Below, one piece after another: positions 18,535 through 25,762 of a stretch of DNA of 32,000 bases; position 1 is the first letter of the stretch, and every line of letters starts with the position of its first letter. The stretch lies in assembly GCA_964586355.1 (NCBI GenBank), contig CAZPGO010000030.1:72441-104440 (forward strand), read 5' to 3'. The notes under the pieces were generated by a model, which was given only the letters and a program-made list of their open reading frames with translations, had not been told where the DNA came from and did not search any database. This DNA is from an uncultured archaeon. Lineage in GTDB: Archaea > Iainarchaeota > Iainarchaeia > Iainarchaeales > CSSED10-239. Made by a program: the position numbers and the translations under genes.

Positions 18535-19413
18535 ATGAGCACAAAAAAAAAAGAAGAAACAAATAAATTTGAAGAACAATTATACACATTATTTTTACCA
18601 TTAACAGAGAACATAAAAATAAAAGAATTAGAAACAAAGTTAATGCAATTAGATTACCCAGACGATCTTTCTGTTTATTTATCAAAACATCTTTTTTTTG
18701 CAGTTTTTGTGCCTTTAATATTATTATTAATCGGCTCTTTTTTTTCTTTTGCTACTGGCAATGTAGGTTGGATAAGTAATTTATTAATTATTTGTATATT
18801 TTCTTTCTTTGCGGTTTTAGTTTATGCTTTATTAAAACCTTATTTAGATGTTTCTGCAAAAGCAACAAATATTAAAAATAGTTTATCTTTAGCAATTTTA
18901 AGTATGTCTAGTATTGCAGAATCAGGAGCTCCTCCAGAATCCATGTTTCACACAGCAGCCACAAAATCAGAGTCTCCTGAGCTTTCAAAGGAGCTTCAAA
19001 AGATAACTGGTTATTTAGATCATTTTGGTTTATCTTTGCCTGAAGCTATTGATCAATATTGTAAGATCACGCCATCAGTAGATCTAAAAAAATTTTTATT
19101 AGAACTAAAATCTAATCTTGCCTCTGGTGGTTCCTTATCAGAGTTTATGAAAAAAAAAGCAGAGCATGCTCAATTTACTTATAAATTAGTTTTAGATAAT
19201 ATGAACAAGAGAGCAGAAACTTTTGGAGATATTTATTCAGCTATTGTTATTGCTGGTCCGTTATTTTTATTTTCATCAATTATGCTTTTAGGTATGATTG
19301 GTGGAGGAGGGTTTGGAGGTATGAGCATAAACACATTAATGATCTTAGGTGTGTTTGGTGTTGTGCCTATGATTAATATAATTTTTATAATTGTTCTACA
19401 AATAATATCATAA
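18535..19413 (+). CDS. Type IV pilus/archaellum platform protein, half-size (single T2SSF domain, FlaJ/TadB/TadC-like)
   Basis: 292 aa. Cytoplasmic helical bundle region (LSLAILSMSSIAESGAPPESMF...LPEAIDQY...LASGGSLSEFM) flanked by TM helices, as in T2SSF repeats. Confidence 0.65.
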   Translation: MSTKKKEETNKFEEQLYTLFLPLTENIKIKELETKLMQLDYPDDLSVYLSKHLFFAVFVPLILLLIGSFFSFATGNVGWISNLLIICIFSFFAVLVYALLKPYLDVSAKATNIKNSLSLAILSMSSIAESGAPPESMFHTAATKSESPELSKELQKITGYLDHFGLSLPEAIDQYCKITPSVDLKKFLLELKSNLASGGSLSEFMKKKAEHAQFTYKLVLDNMNKRAETFGDIYSAIVIAGPLFLFSSIMLLGMIGGGGFGGMSINTLMILGVFGVVPMINIIFIIVLQIIS

Positions 19414-19423
19414 AGGAAAAAAA

Positions 19424-20245
19424 ATGAATAAAAAACAAAAATATTTTTTGGATTTTGCTGTTAAAGGCGGTATTGCTAGTGTTGTTTTAGCGGTACTTTT
19501 AATAAACACAAAGATATTAATCTTTGCTATTTTTCCTTTTTTAGGGGCTATTGGTTTTGCCGCCATAACCTATACTAAAAAATTAAAATCTCTAGAAACA
19601 AATTTATTTATTTTCTTAGATGATCTAAGAGATTTATTACAAGGTGGTATGAATATAGTTACTGCTATGGAGATTATAACAGAACATGATTATGGAGCAT
19701 TAAACGAATATCTAAAAAGAATTGCTGCACAGATAAAAATCGGTGTGCCTTTTGAAGTTTCTTTAATTAATGTTTTTGATGATATTGAAAGTCCATTATT
19801 TGGTAAAGTTGCACAAGTTATTTCTGAGAGTACTAAGTTTGGTGGAAATTTAATAAAAATATTTTCATCAGTCTCTAATTATGTAAAAACAATAAACGAT
19901 ATGTCAGAGGAAAGAAAATCAAAAACATTCTCTACTGTGTTTTCTTCTTATTTTATGTTTTTTATTTTTATTGCAATTATTTTAACAATACAAATAGTGT
20001 TTTTACCAATGCTTGCTTCAAATGATCTAAGCTCAGCAACAGGGGGAGATAGCTCTGAGTCTTTAGCAGATATTAATTTTAATTCTTATTTTTTATTTTT
20101 ATTAGTTATTCAAGCAGGTTTTGCTGGTCCAATTATTGGAAAGATTTCAGAGAATAACGCTATTGCTGGCATAAAACACTCCATAATTTTACTAGCAGTC
20201 TCTGTTCCTTTGTATGTTGTAATCTCTATATTTTTTGTTGCATAG
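19424..20245 (+). CDS. Second half-size T2SSF-domain platform protein (FlaJ/TadC-like)
   Basis: 273 aa. FLDDLRDLLQGGMNIVTAMEII...IKIGVPFEVSL...ESTKFGGNL helical region plus N- and C-terminal TM helices. 10-nt gap from the previous gene. Confidence 0.65.
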   Translation: MNKKQKYFLDFAVKGGIASVVLAVLLINTKILIFAIFPFLGAIGFAAITYTKKLKSLETNLFIFLDDLRDLLQGGMNIVTAMEIITEHDYGALNEYLKRIAAQIKIGVPFEVSLINVFDDIESPLFGKVAQVISESTKFGGNLIKIFSSVSNYVKTINDMSEERKSKTFSTVFSSYFMFFIFIAIILTIQIVFLPMLASNDLSSATGGDSSESLADINFNSYFLFLLVIQAGFAGPIIGKISENNAIAGIKHSIILLAVSVPLYVVISIFFVA

Positions 20246-20286
20246 AGTTTAGTAAAAAAAGGGATTTTAAATGCAAAATAAATAAG

Positions 20287-20294
20287 TTTATATA
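20287..20294 (+). promoter_or_regulatory. Candidate TATA box for pilin gene 1
   Basis: TTTATATA sits about 68 nt upstream of ATG 20362. A GAGGTGA Shine-Dalgarno lies at 20348-20354 with a 7-nt spacer. A second TATA-like run, TTTATTATAATATA, lies near 20306-20320. Confidence 0.3.
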
Positions 20295-20361
20295 GGTTTG
20301 TTTGTTTTATTATAATATAGTTAAATTCAAAAAAAATATTTAATATTGAGGTGAACGAAAA

Positions 20362-20835
20362 ATGAAATTTAAAAAAAAAGCTGTTTCCCCATTAATTGCT
20401 ACAATCTTATTAATCGTTGTTGCAGTTATTTTAGTGACAATTGTTTTAACATGGGGAAAGAATTTTGCAAGTGATAGTTTAGCTTCAGCTGGCGACATAG
20501 GTGTTGATAGTTGTTCTGGCTCTTCACTAGTTTTATCTAATTGTCAAATAATTGGAACAGATGCAATCTTTACTGTAAGAAATAACAGTTCAAACGATTA
20601 CACATTTCCAAGCACAGATGTTTTAAAAGTATTTATTACCGATGATTCTGGAAATTCATCTTCTGCAGAAGCAGATCTAAACACATCTGCAAGTGCAACT
20701 TGGGATGTTGAATTAGCTCCTGGTCAAAATCAAGGTGCAAAGGTTGATGTTGATGGATTTACAGGAAACATTACAATAAATGTAAGATCTATGACTTGTC
20801 CAAATGACGCTATGGCAGAAATTGTTTGCAGATAG
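20362..20835 (+). CDS. Archaeal type IV pilin (Pilin_N/DUF361-type class III signal peptide), paralog 1, probably monocistronic
   Basis: MKFKKKA|VSPLIATILLIVVAVILVTIVLTWGK matches the archaeal Pilin_N consensus (AVSPVIATILL...). Own TATA, Shine-Dalgarno and downstream oligo-T tract. Four conserved Cys. Confidence 0.8.
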   Translation: MKFKKKAVSPLIATILLIVVAVILVTIVLTWGKNFASDSLASAGDIGVDSCSGSSLVLSNCQIIGTDAIFTVRNNSSNDYTFPSTDVLKVFITDDSGNSSSAEADLNTSASATWDVELAPGQNQGAKVDVDGFTGNITINVRSMTCPNDAMAEIVCR

Positions 20836-20838
20836 ATC

Positions 20839-20874
20839 TTTTCTTTTTCTATTTTTTTCTTATTACTTTTTTTT
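20839..20874 (+). terminator. Oligo-T tract cluster (archaeal-type terminator) after pilin 1
   Basis: Successive T4, T5, T7 and T8 runs begin 4 nt after the TAG stop. Confidence 0.4.
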
Positions 20875-20888
20875 AAAATAAAGATAAA

Positions 20889-20896
20889 TTTATATA
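20889..20896 (+). promoter_or_regulatory. Candidate TATA box for the pilin 2-3-4 operon
   Basis: TTTATATA sits 46 nt upstream of ATG 20942. Confidence 0.3.
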
Positions 20897-20941
20897 CATA
20901 TATGTAATATATTATTTTTAGAACAAAAATATAGAATTAAT

Positions 20942-21412
20942 ATGTATCTTAAAAATAAACAAAAAGCACTGTCTCCATTAATAGCTACAATTTTATTAGT
21001 TGCAGTATCTTTATCATTAGCAGGAATATTATATTCTTGGTCTTCACAAAATGCTAAAGAAACAACAACCAGCCTTACTGAGACTACTCAAAAATGGACT
21101 GATTGTGGTGCTGTAAACTTATATATTGAAACCGGTTGTAGATATGATCCAGAAACAGGAATTAGTTTAATATTAATGGATCAATCAACAGTTGCTATTG
21201 ATGAAAACTTAACTATGACTATTATTGATAATGATAATAACATAGTAAGTAAAAACTTTGCACCGAATTTTAAAGGAAAAGCAATGGCAATAAATGATAG
21301 TATTTTTGAAGATTCAGAAGATCTAAAGGGTTTAGTAAAGCCCTTACAAAGAATAAGAATTTTTGTTAATAGTTGCCCTGATAAAGCAGCAACTACAATA
21401 TCATGTAATTAA
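20942..21412 (+). CDS. Archaeal type IV pilin (Pilin_N), paralog 2 (divergent)
   Basis: MYLKNKQKA|LSPLIATILLVAVSLSLAGILYSW. Same four-Cys pattern (C-x10-C ... C-x9-C-N). Confidence 0.75.
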   Translation: MYLKNKQKALSPLIATILLVAVSLSLAGILYSWSSQNAKETTTSLTETTQKWTDCGAVNLYIETGCRYDPETGISLILMDQSTVAIDENLTMTIIDNDNNIVSKNFAPNFKGKAMAINDSIFEDSEDLKGLVKPLQRIRIFVNSCPDKAATTISCN

Positions 21413-21428
21413 TTTGGAGGAAATAAGT

Positions 21429-21938
21429 ATGATTAATTTAAATAAAAAAGCAGTTTCACCACTAATTGCAACCATCTTGTTAATAGTTGTTGCAGTTATT
21501 TTAGTAACTATAGTTTTGACTTGGGGTAAAGACTTTGCTTCAAGTAGTTTATCAACTGTAGATGATGCGATTTCTGATAATTGTGTTGGTGTTTCATTAT
21601 CTATAAGTAATTGTACAATTGATGCAGATAATAATCAAGTAACTTTCTTTTTAAGAAATATTAGTACAGATTCTTATGCATTTCCAGACACAGAAAAATT
21701 CAAAGTTTATTTAACTGATAGTTCTGGTAATACATATGCTTCAGAATTAGATCTAAATGGAACAGATGGTGTTACAGCAATAACTGGATTAAATAATGGA
21801 GAGATGAAAGCAGGAAAAGCAGCGACAGATGTTGTAACTCCTAATTTAGTTACTACAACAGGAACAATAAAAGTAACAGTAAGACCAGAAACTGTTTGTC
21901 CAACAGATGCTACTGCTACAGCAACATGTACTAGATAA
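21429..21938 (+). CDS. Archaeal type IV pilin (Pilin_N), paralog 3
   Basis: The track ORF starts at 21363 inside pilin 2. ATG 21429 is preceded by GGAGG (21415-21419) and gives MINLNKKA|VSPLIATILLIVVAVILVTIVLTWGK, identical over 27 aa to paralog 1. Confidence 0.8.
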   Translation: MINLNKKAVSPLIATILLIVVAVILVTIVLTWGKDFASSSLSTVDDAISDNCVGVSLSISNCTIDADNNQVTFFLRNISTDSYAFPDTEKFKVYLTDSSGNTYASELDLNGTDGVTAITGLNNGEMKAGKAATDVVTPNLVTTTGTIKVTVRPETVCPTDATATATCTR

Positions 21939-21950
21939 ATGTGATAATTT

Positions 21951-22403
21951 ATGAAGTTTAAGAAAAATGCAGTATCCCCGATAATAGCAACAATATTAAT
22001 AATTGTTGTTTCATTAGTGTTAGTAGCTATACTTGTTTCTTGGGGACAAAATTTTGTTCAAAGAAATACAGCTCAAGCAGATAATTCTATTGACACTAGT
22101 TGTATGGGTGCTGATCTTTCTATTTCTTTTTGTGAATATAGTAGTTCTAATGATAAATTAAGTTTTATTCTTACAAATAGTGGAGAAATTGTTTTTCCAG
22201 AAGATAGTAACTTTTTTGTGACTTTGCTGGATGATAATAGAGACCTTAACACATCAAACACTAACATTTTAGATGGTAATAGTTTAGGTATTGGAGAAGC
22301 AGCAAAAGTAGAACTAGAAGGGTATGATGCAGTTCCACCTATAAGAATTACTATAAGAAACACAAAATGTAGTGGTTTTTTTAAAGAAGTTCTTTGTAGA
22401 TAA
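21951..22403 (+). CDS. Archaeal type IV pilin (Pilin_N), paralog 4
   Basis: MKFKKNA|VSPIIATILIIVVSLVLVAILVSWGQ. Four-Cys pattern retained (C-x9-C ... C-x8-C-R). Confidence 0.8.
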   Translation: MKFKKNAVSPIIATILIIVVSLVLVAILVSWGQNFVQRNTAQADNSIDTSCMGADLSISFCEYSSSNDKLSFILTNSGEIVFPEDSNFFVTLLDDNRDLNTSNTNILDGNSLGIGEAAKVELEGYDAVPPIRITIRNTKCSGFFKEVLCR

Positions 22404-22404
22404 A

Positions 22405-22914
22405 TCACTTAAACATTCTTTCTATTTTTATTATATTTATTTTATTTTCTTTATTTACTATTCCTAATAAATACTTTGCATTAATAGAATTTGCTAGTCT
22501 TTCATCTTTTATAATTTTTTGAATCTCTGTTTTATTATCATGTGTTAATCTAACATCTAGTAAGTACTCTGTGTGCTCATGTTTTTTAGTTTTATTGTAT
22601 ATTCTAAAATCAAATCCAAAATAGGCGCCATCTTTTACAATAAACCCTTTTTCTATTAAATAAGTATACACTAATTGTTTTTCAAAAAAGTTTTTTATAT
22701 TTTTAGAAACTATTTTTTGAAATTGCTCTAAATTAAGTTCTAAGTCATCTTTGTAGATTTTTATTTTTTTTTTAGATAATAAATAATAACTTTCAAAAAA
22801 ATCTAAAAAATAACTGGTTTCTGTTTTATTACCAAAACCCTTTTCTGATAATTGACTTTTTTTATTATTACTTTTAACTTCACAGTTGTTTTTATTTAAT
22901 ATAATTTCTTTCAT
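22405..22914 (-). CDS. endA: tRNA-splicing endonuclease (short homotetramer-type EndA)
   Basis: 169 aa. LVYTYLIEKGFIVKDGAYFGFDFRIY...HTEYLLDV...ANSINAKYLLGIV aligns by eye with the catalytic C-terminal domain of M. jannaschii EndA (YKDLRTRGYIVKTGLKYGADFRLY...HS.YLV...AHSVRKKLLIAIV). Confidence 0.75.
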   Translation of the reverse strand: MKEIILNKNNCEVKSNNKKSQLSEKGFGNKTETSYFLDFFESYYLLSKKKIKIYKDDLELNLEQFQKIVSKNIKNFFEKQLVYTYLIEKGFIVKDGAYFGFDFRIYNKTKKHEHTEYLLDVRLTHDNKTEIQKIIKDERLANSINAKYLLGIVNKENKINIIKIERMFK

Positions 22915-22922
22915 ATTTTATC

Positions 22923-23234
22923 TTATTTATATAAAGTAAACAGATTTCTATCAGTTCCATAAAACAAACCAATTCTTACACCAGAGTCAATCCAGCCATA
23001 GGCGTAGGAATAAGAGGCTAAGGCTCTAATATAATCTTTCTTTTCTTCTAAAACCTTTCCATCTTTAAGATAATTTTTTGCCATCTCTTGATAGTTTTTT
23101 GCCATCTCTTTTAGAAAGGATTCATTTTCTATATTTATTTTTATGGTGTCAAGTGCTTTTTCTAAAAGCTCTCTATATTTTTTTGTGTAATTTATTAAAT
23201 CATTTTCTAAATTCATCAATAGCACCTTTTTCAA
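22923..23234 (-). CDS. DUF357-family small helical protein
   Basis: 103 aa. ALASYSYAYGWIDSGVRIGL resembles the DUF357 signature (Y..GWLD.G). Overlaps the dph5 stop by 35 nt. Confidence 0.5.
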   Translation of the reverse strand: MKKVLLMNLENDLINYTKKYRELLEKALDTIKINIENESFLKEMAKNYQEMAKNYLKDGKVLEEKKDYIRALASYSYAYGWIDSGVRIGLFYGTDRNLFTLYK

Positions 23235-23934
23235 AATTATTTAAGTTTCCACAAATAATTAGTGTTTGTGGATAAACTTCTAGGTTTGGTATTTTTTTAT
23301 ACTCTTTGAATGTAAAAGTTTTTATTTTTTGGTTGTTTGATCCAAGACCAGCTAAAACAACACACTCTTTATTACATAATTTTTTATTTTCATCAATTTT
23401 TTCTAAAATCTCACAAGCTTCATAAAAAGACATAAATCTGTTTTGATCTGTTTTTATATCTAATAAACAAACGGTGTGAGCTCCAATTGTGAGATTATCA
23501 CAAATAGTTTTGTAAAAACTTGTTGGAAAATAGTTTTTTTCTGGGTAGACTATGCTAGTTGTTTTTCCAAACTTATATTCAAATAAACCACTTATGCCTA
23601 TATAGCTAAAAACAGAAATACCAGGAATCATTTTTATTTTTAGGTTTTTCTTTTTTGCCTCTTCTATTAGTGTGTAATGAGTTGTTGCAGAAAAAGCATT
23701 TCCAATAACTAAAAGGCAACAATCTTCTTTTAGATATTCTAAGGCTTGTTCCAGCTCTGTTCTTTGTAAAGGTGTTATTTTTTTAGAAAGAATATTTTCT
23801 AGTTCTTCAATTTTTCCTTCAGAAAATATGTTTGTATAATTATCTATGTAGATCTCTTTACATCCCTTAATAATATTTTCTGCTTCTTTTGTAATTTGGT
23901 TAGTTGTCACACCAATTCCTATTATATAAAACAT
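23200..23934 (-). CDS. dph5: Diphthine synthase (Dph5, tetrapyrrole-methylase fold)
   Basis: 244 aa. MFYIIGIGV start, YIDNYTN, LLVIGNAFSATTH, IPGISVFS and HTVCLLD are Dph5-like blocks. Confidence 0.85.
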   Translation of the reverse strand: MFYIIGIGVTTNQITKEAENIIKGCKEIYIDNYTNIFSEGKIEELENILSKKITPLQRTELEQALEYLKEDCCLLVIGNAFSATTHYTLIEEAKKKNLKIKMIPGISVFSYIGISGLFEYKFGKTTSIVYPEKNYFPTSFYKTICDNLTIGAHTVCLLDIKTDQNRFMSFYEACEILEKIDENKKLCNKECVVLAGLGSNNQKIKTFTFKEYKKIPNLEVYPQTLIICGNLNNFEKGAIDEFRK

Positions 23935-23946
23935 ATTTTTTCTTTT

Positions 23947-24327
23947 TTAATAATATATACCAATTTCTATATATATATCATTATTAGAACTATTAATATA
24001 TTTTATGGAATTTACAAAAAGATTCTCTTTTTTAAGATCTGTGTTTTTTATCTGTTCTGTTTTATTATTTATTTTTATATACCCATTATAATTAGAAAAT
24101 AGTTGTTGAAAATTATATTTAAGAATGCTACTCTCCTTAATTTCAAGAATTTGAGAAGTTAATAAAAGATCGTTTGTTTTTAGAGAAAGGTCAAACACTA
24201 AAAGATCTGTTAATTTTTCTTCTGTTATGCTTGGATAATAAAACAAGAGCAAGAACAATGTAAATATGATTAGTGAAAATATAATATCAATACTAAAAAA
24301 GAACCCTTTCTTATTCACAAAAACCAA
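23947..24327 (-). CDS. Small prepilin-like protein (class-III-signal-like N-terminus)
   Basis: 126 aa. MVFVNKKG|FFFSIDIIFSLIIFTLFLLLF has a basic-Gly junction, then a hydrophobic helix with an acidic residue near +6. The track start is TTG 24327. The in-frame GTG 24318 lies 8 nt after an AGAGGT Shine-Dalgarno and may be the real start (MNKKGFFF). Confidence 0.5.
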   Translation of the reverse strand: MVFVNKKGFFFSIDIIFSLIIFTLFLLLFYYPSITEEKLTDLLVFDLSLKTNDLLLTSQILEIKESSILKYNFQQLFSNYNGYIKINNKTEQIKNTDLKKENLFVNSIKYINSSNNDIYIEIGIYY

Positions 24328-24727
24328 CCTCTAACACACAGAATTTGTTATTATTTATCACAGCTCTTTTTATTTTTCTGTTTATTTTTGAATCTTTATT
24401 AATTTCTATTTTGTTACAGAGAGATAAAAAGCAGATATTTTCAAAATCTTTTTCTATATTATTTATTTTTTCAAGGGATAAATCTATTTGGTTTTTGTAA
24501 GTGTGATTTGTTAATAGATCTTTTTTGCCTAAATAATTAGAATCTGAAATAATTTTTTCTGTTATTATTAGTTGTTGATATTGATCAATAACAAAAGCTT
24601 CATTTTTTTTATTTGTTATAAAATCATCTACTATAAAAAACTCTAAATATAATATAGATATACAAAAAAATAAAACAATAAGTATATCAAGAATAAATAT
24701 CTGAGCTTTCTGTGTTATTTGAAGCAT
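24311..24727 (-). CDS. Small prepilin-like protein (class-III-signal-like N-terminus)
   Basis: 138 aa. MLQITQKA|QIFILDILIVLFFCISILYL. Overlaps the neighbouring ORFs on both sides. Confidence 0.45.
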   Translation of the reverse strand: MLQITQKAQIFILDILIVLFFCISILYLEFFIVDDFITNKKNEAFVIDQYQQLIITEKIISDSNYLGKKDLLTNHTYKNQIDLSLEKINNIEKDFENICFLSLCNKIEINKDSKINRKIKRAVINNNKFCVLEVGFCE

Positions 24728-24914
24728 AATTTTCTGTATTTGTTTGTTCTTTATATTTTTCTAAATAGAAAGAGATGTTTCTATGGTTTTCTTTTAGATC
24801 TTTGTTAGTTTCTATTTTTGTTTTAAGTTCAATGTTTGTAATAATAAAAATATTTAAGATCATTATTAGTAATAATAAACAGAAAAGAAACTCTAAAGAT
24901 ATTTGCCCTTTAAT
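24687..24914 (-). CDS. Unlisted small prepilin-like ORF with a probable ATT start
   Basis: Hand translation of the minus strand gives (ATT)KGQISLEFLFCLLLLIMILNIFIITNIELKTK...SSDIYS*, 75 codons. KG|QISLE followed by a hydrophobic helix is a near-textbook class III signal (Glu at +5). A GAGGTGA Shine-Dalgarno at 24927-24921 lies 6 nt upstream of the ATT. TGA lies three codons upstream in frame, so no ATG/GTG/TTG start is available. Confidence 0.45.
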   Translation of the reverse strand: MKGQISLEFLFCLLLLIMILNIFIITNIELKTKIETNKDLKENHRNISFYLEKYKEQTNTENYASNNTESSDIYS

Positions 24915-25413
24915 AACAAATCACCTCTATTTTATATTCTTTTGAAAAGAGAGATTTAGATCTTAGCTTTTGAGTATTTATATTAAATGTTAATTGTAGA
25001 TTGTTTAGTAGACCTTGGTTAATAAAATATCTTTTTATTTCTATATTTTTAAGTGGTTTGTAAATTATTACTTGGGAAATTATGTTTAGTTTTTCTTTTG
25101 TTAGTTTTTCTGTTTTTTTTGAAACTCTATTTTCTAGAAAAAGAATGTTTCTATTTTTATAACTTTGAATAATCTTTTGATTGATATTTTCTTTTAGTAA
25201 TTGAGTATTACCTATATCTTTTTTAAGCTCATTTTTTATAATATTTTCAAAACTTAAGATCTCACTTTCTTTTTTATTATTTAGGATTGCAATTTCTGTG
25301 AATTCTTTTGTGTTAACTTCTGTTTTTGAAAGGTTTGTGATCTCTAAAATAAACAAAGCTATAAATAATAATAAAAATAAGCAAAAAAACCCTTTTTTCT
25401 TTATTATTCTCAT
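24910..25413 (-). CDS. Small prepilin-like / N-terminally anchored protein, first gene of the minus-strand cluster
   Basis: 167 aa. MRIIKKKG|FFCLFLLLFIALFILE. No Shine-Dalgarno, possibly leaderless. Confidence 0.45.
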   Translation of the reverse strand: MRIIKKKGFFCLFLLLFIALFILEITNLSKTEVNTKEFTEIAILNNKKESEILSFENIIKNELKKDIGNTQLLKENINQKIIQSYKNRNILFLENRVSKKTEKLTKEKLNIISQVIIYKPLKNIEIKRYFINQGLLNNLQLTFNINTQKLRSKSLFSKEYKIEVICY

Positions 25414-25502
25414 TAATACTGTTTATTACTTTGTTTGTATTTAATAATTATTTAATTTATTTTTTGTTATTTTTAAGAATTTTTAAAAAAACAAAAGGTT
25501 TT

Positions 25503-25673
25503 TTAGTTTGCTTGAGGGTTTCTGGAGTCTAGTTCTCCTAAAATATCTAATAGGAATTTACTATGGTCTTTAGTTAATGGTTCTATTGTCACTCTTTTTA
25601 AGATATTATCTTTCATTCTTACTAAAACACTTGTTTGGAAAAAGCCAAGATCTTTTCTATCTATTACACTCAT
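25503..25673 (-). CDS. Small hypothetical protein (56 aa)
   Basis: Below the track length cut-off. Minus-strand ATG 25673 is preceded by AGGTGA (25679-25684). It gives MSVIDRKDLGFFQTSVLVRMKDNILKRVTIEPLTKDHSKFLLDILGELDSRNPQAN*. No family recognised. Confidence 0.4.
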   Translation of the reverse strand: MSVIDRKDLGFFQTSVLVRMKDNILKRVTIEPLTKDHSKFLLDILGELDSRNPQAN

Positions 25674-25718
25674 TCTAATCACCTTTTTTTATTTATTACA
25701 TAAATAAGGTTTTTATTT

Positions 25719-25762
25719 AGGGGGTTCTTTTTGGAGGGGGGGTCTTGTCCACTGCAAATGGC
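25719..25762. promoter_or_regulatory. G-string plus ORB-like dyad (candidate Orc1/Cdc6 recognition element)
   Basis: TAGGGGGTTCTTTTTGGAGGGGGGGTCTTGTCCACTGCAAATGGC is a GC island in a 246-bp AT-rich spacer upstream of orc1/cdc6 paralog 2. TCCACTGCAAA resembles the archaeal ORB core TCCAGTGGAAA (9 of 11). Confidence 0.3.

Noticed and set aside
21363-21428. N-terminal extensions of track ORFs (21363 for pilin 3, 30497 for the fusion gene, 11668 for the wHTH gene, 28952 for the RpoL-like gene).
   Set aside because: The extensions overlap upstream genes or encode junk-like hydrophobic sequence. Internal ATGs with a Shine-Dalgarno or a sensible N-terminus (MINLNKKAVSP, MFYKRSVSP, MPETKK, MEIEF) give the family-typical starts.
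24905-24930. Possible +1 frameshift at TAT-TAA-AGG fusing the 167-aa ORF (24910-25413) to the KGQISLEF frame.
   Set aside because: A fusion would bury the class-III-signal-like motif about 170 residues into the protein, where it could not act as a signal. A GAGGTGA Shine-Dalgarno at the right spacing favours independent initiation at ATT. The fusion cannot be fully excluded without data.
25719-25762. The GC-rich island as a tRNA or other structured small RNA.
   Set aside because: It is only about 45 nt, has no acceptor or anticodon-arm complementarity that I can fold, and is flanked by plain AT-rich DNA. I found no tRNA-sized GC-rich block in any intergenic spacer of the window.
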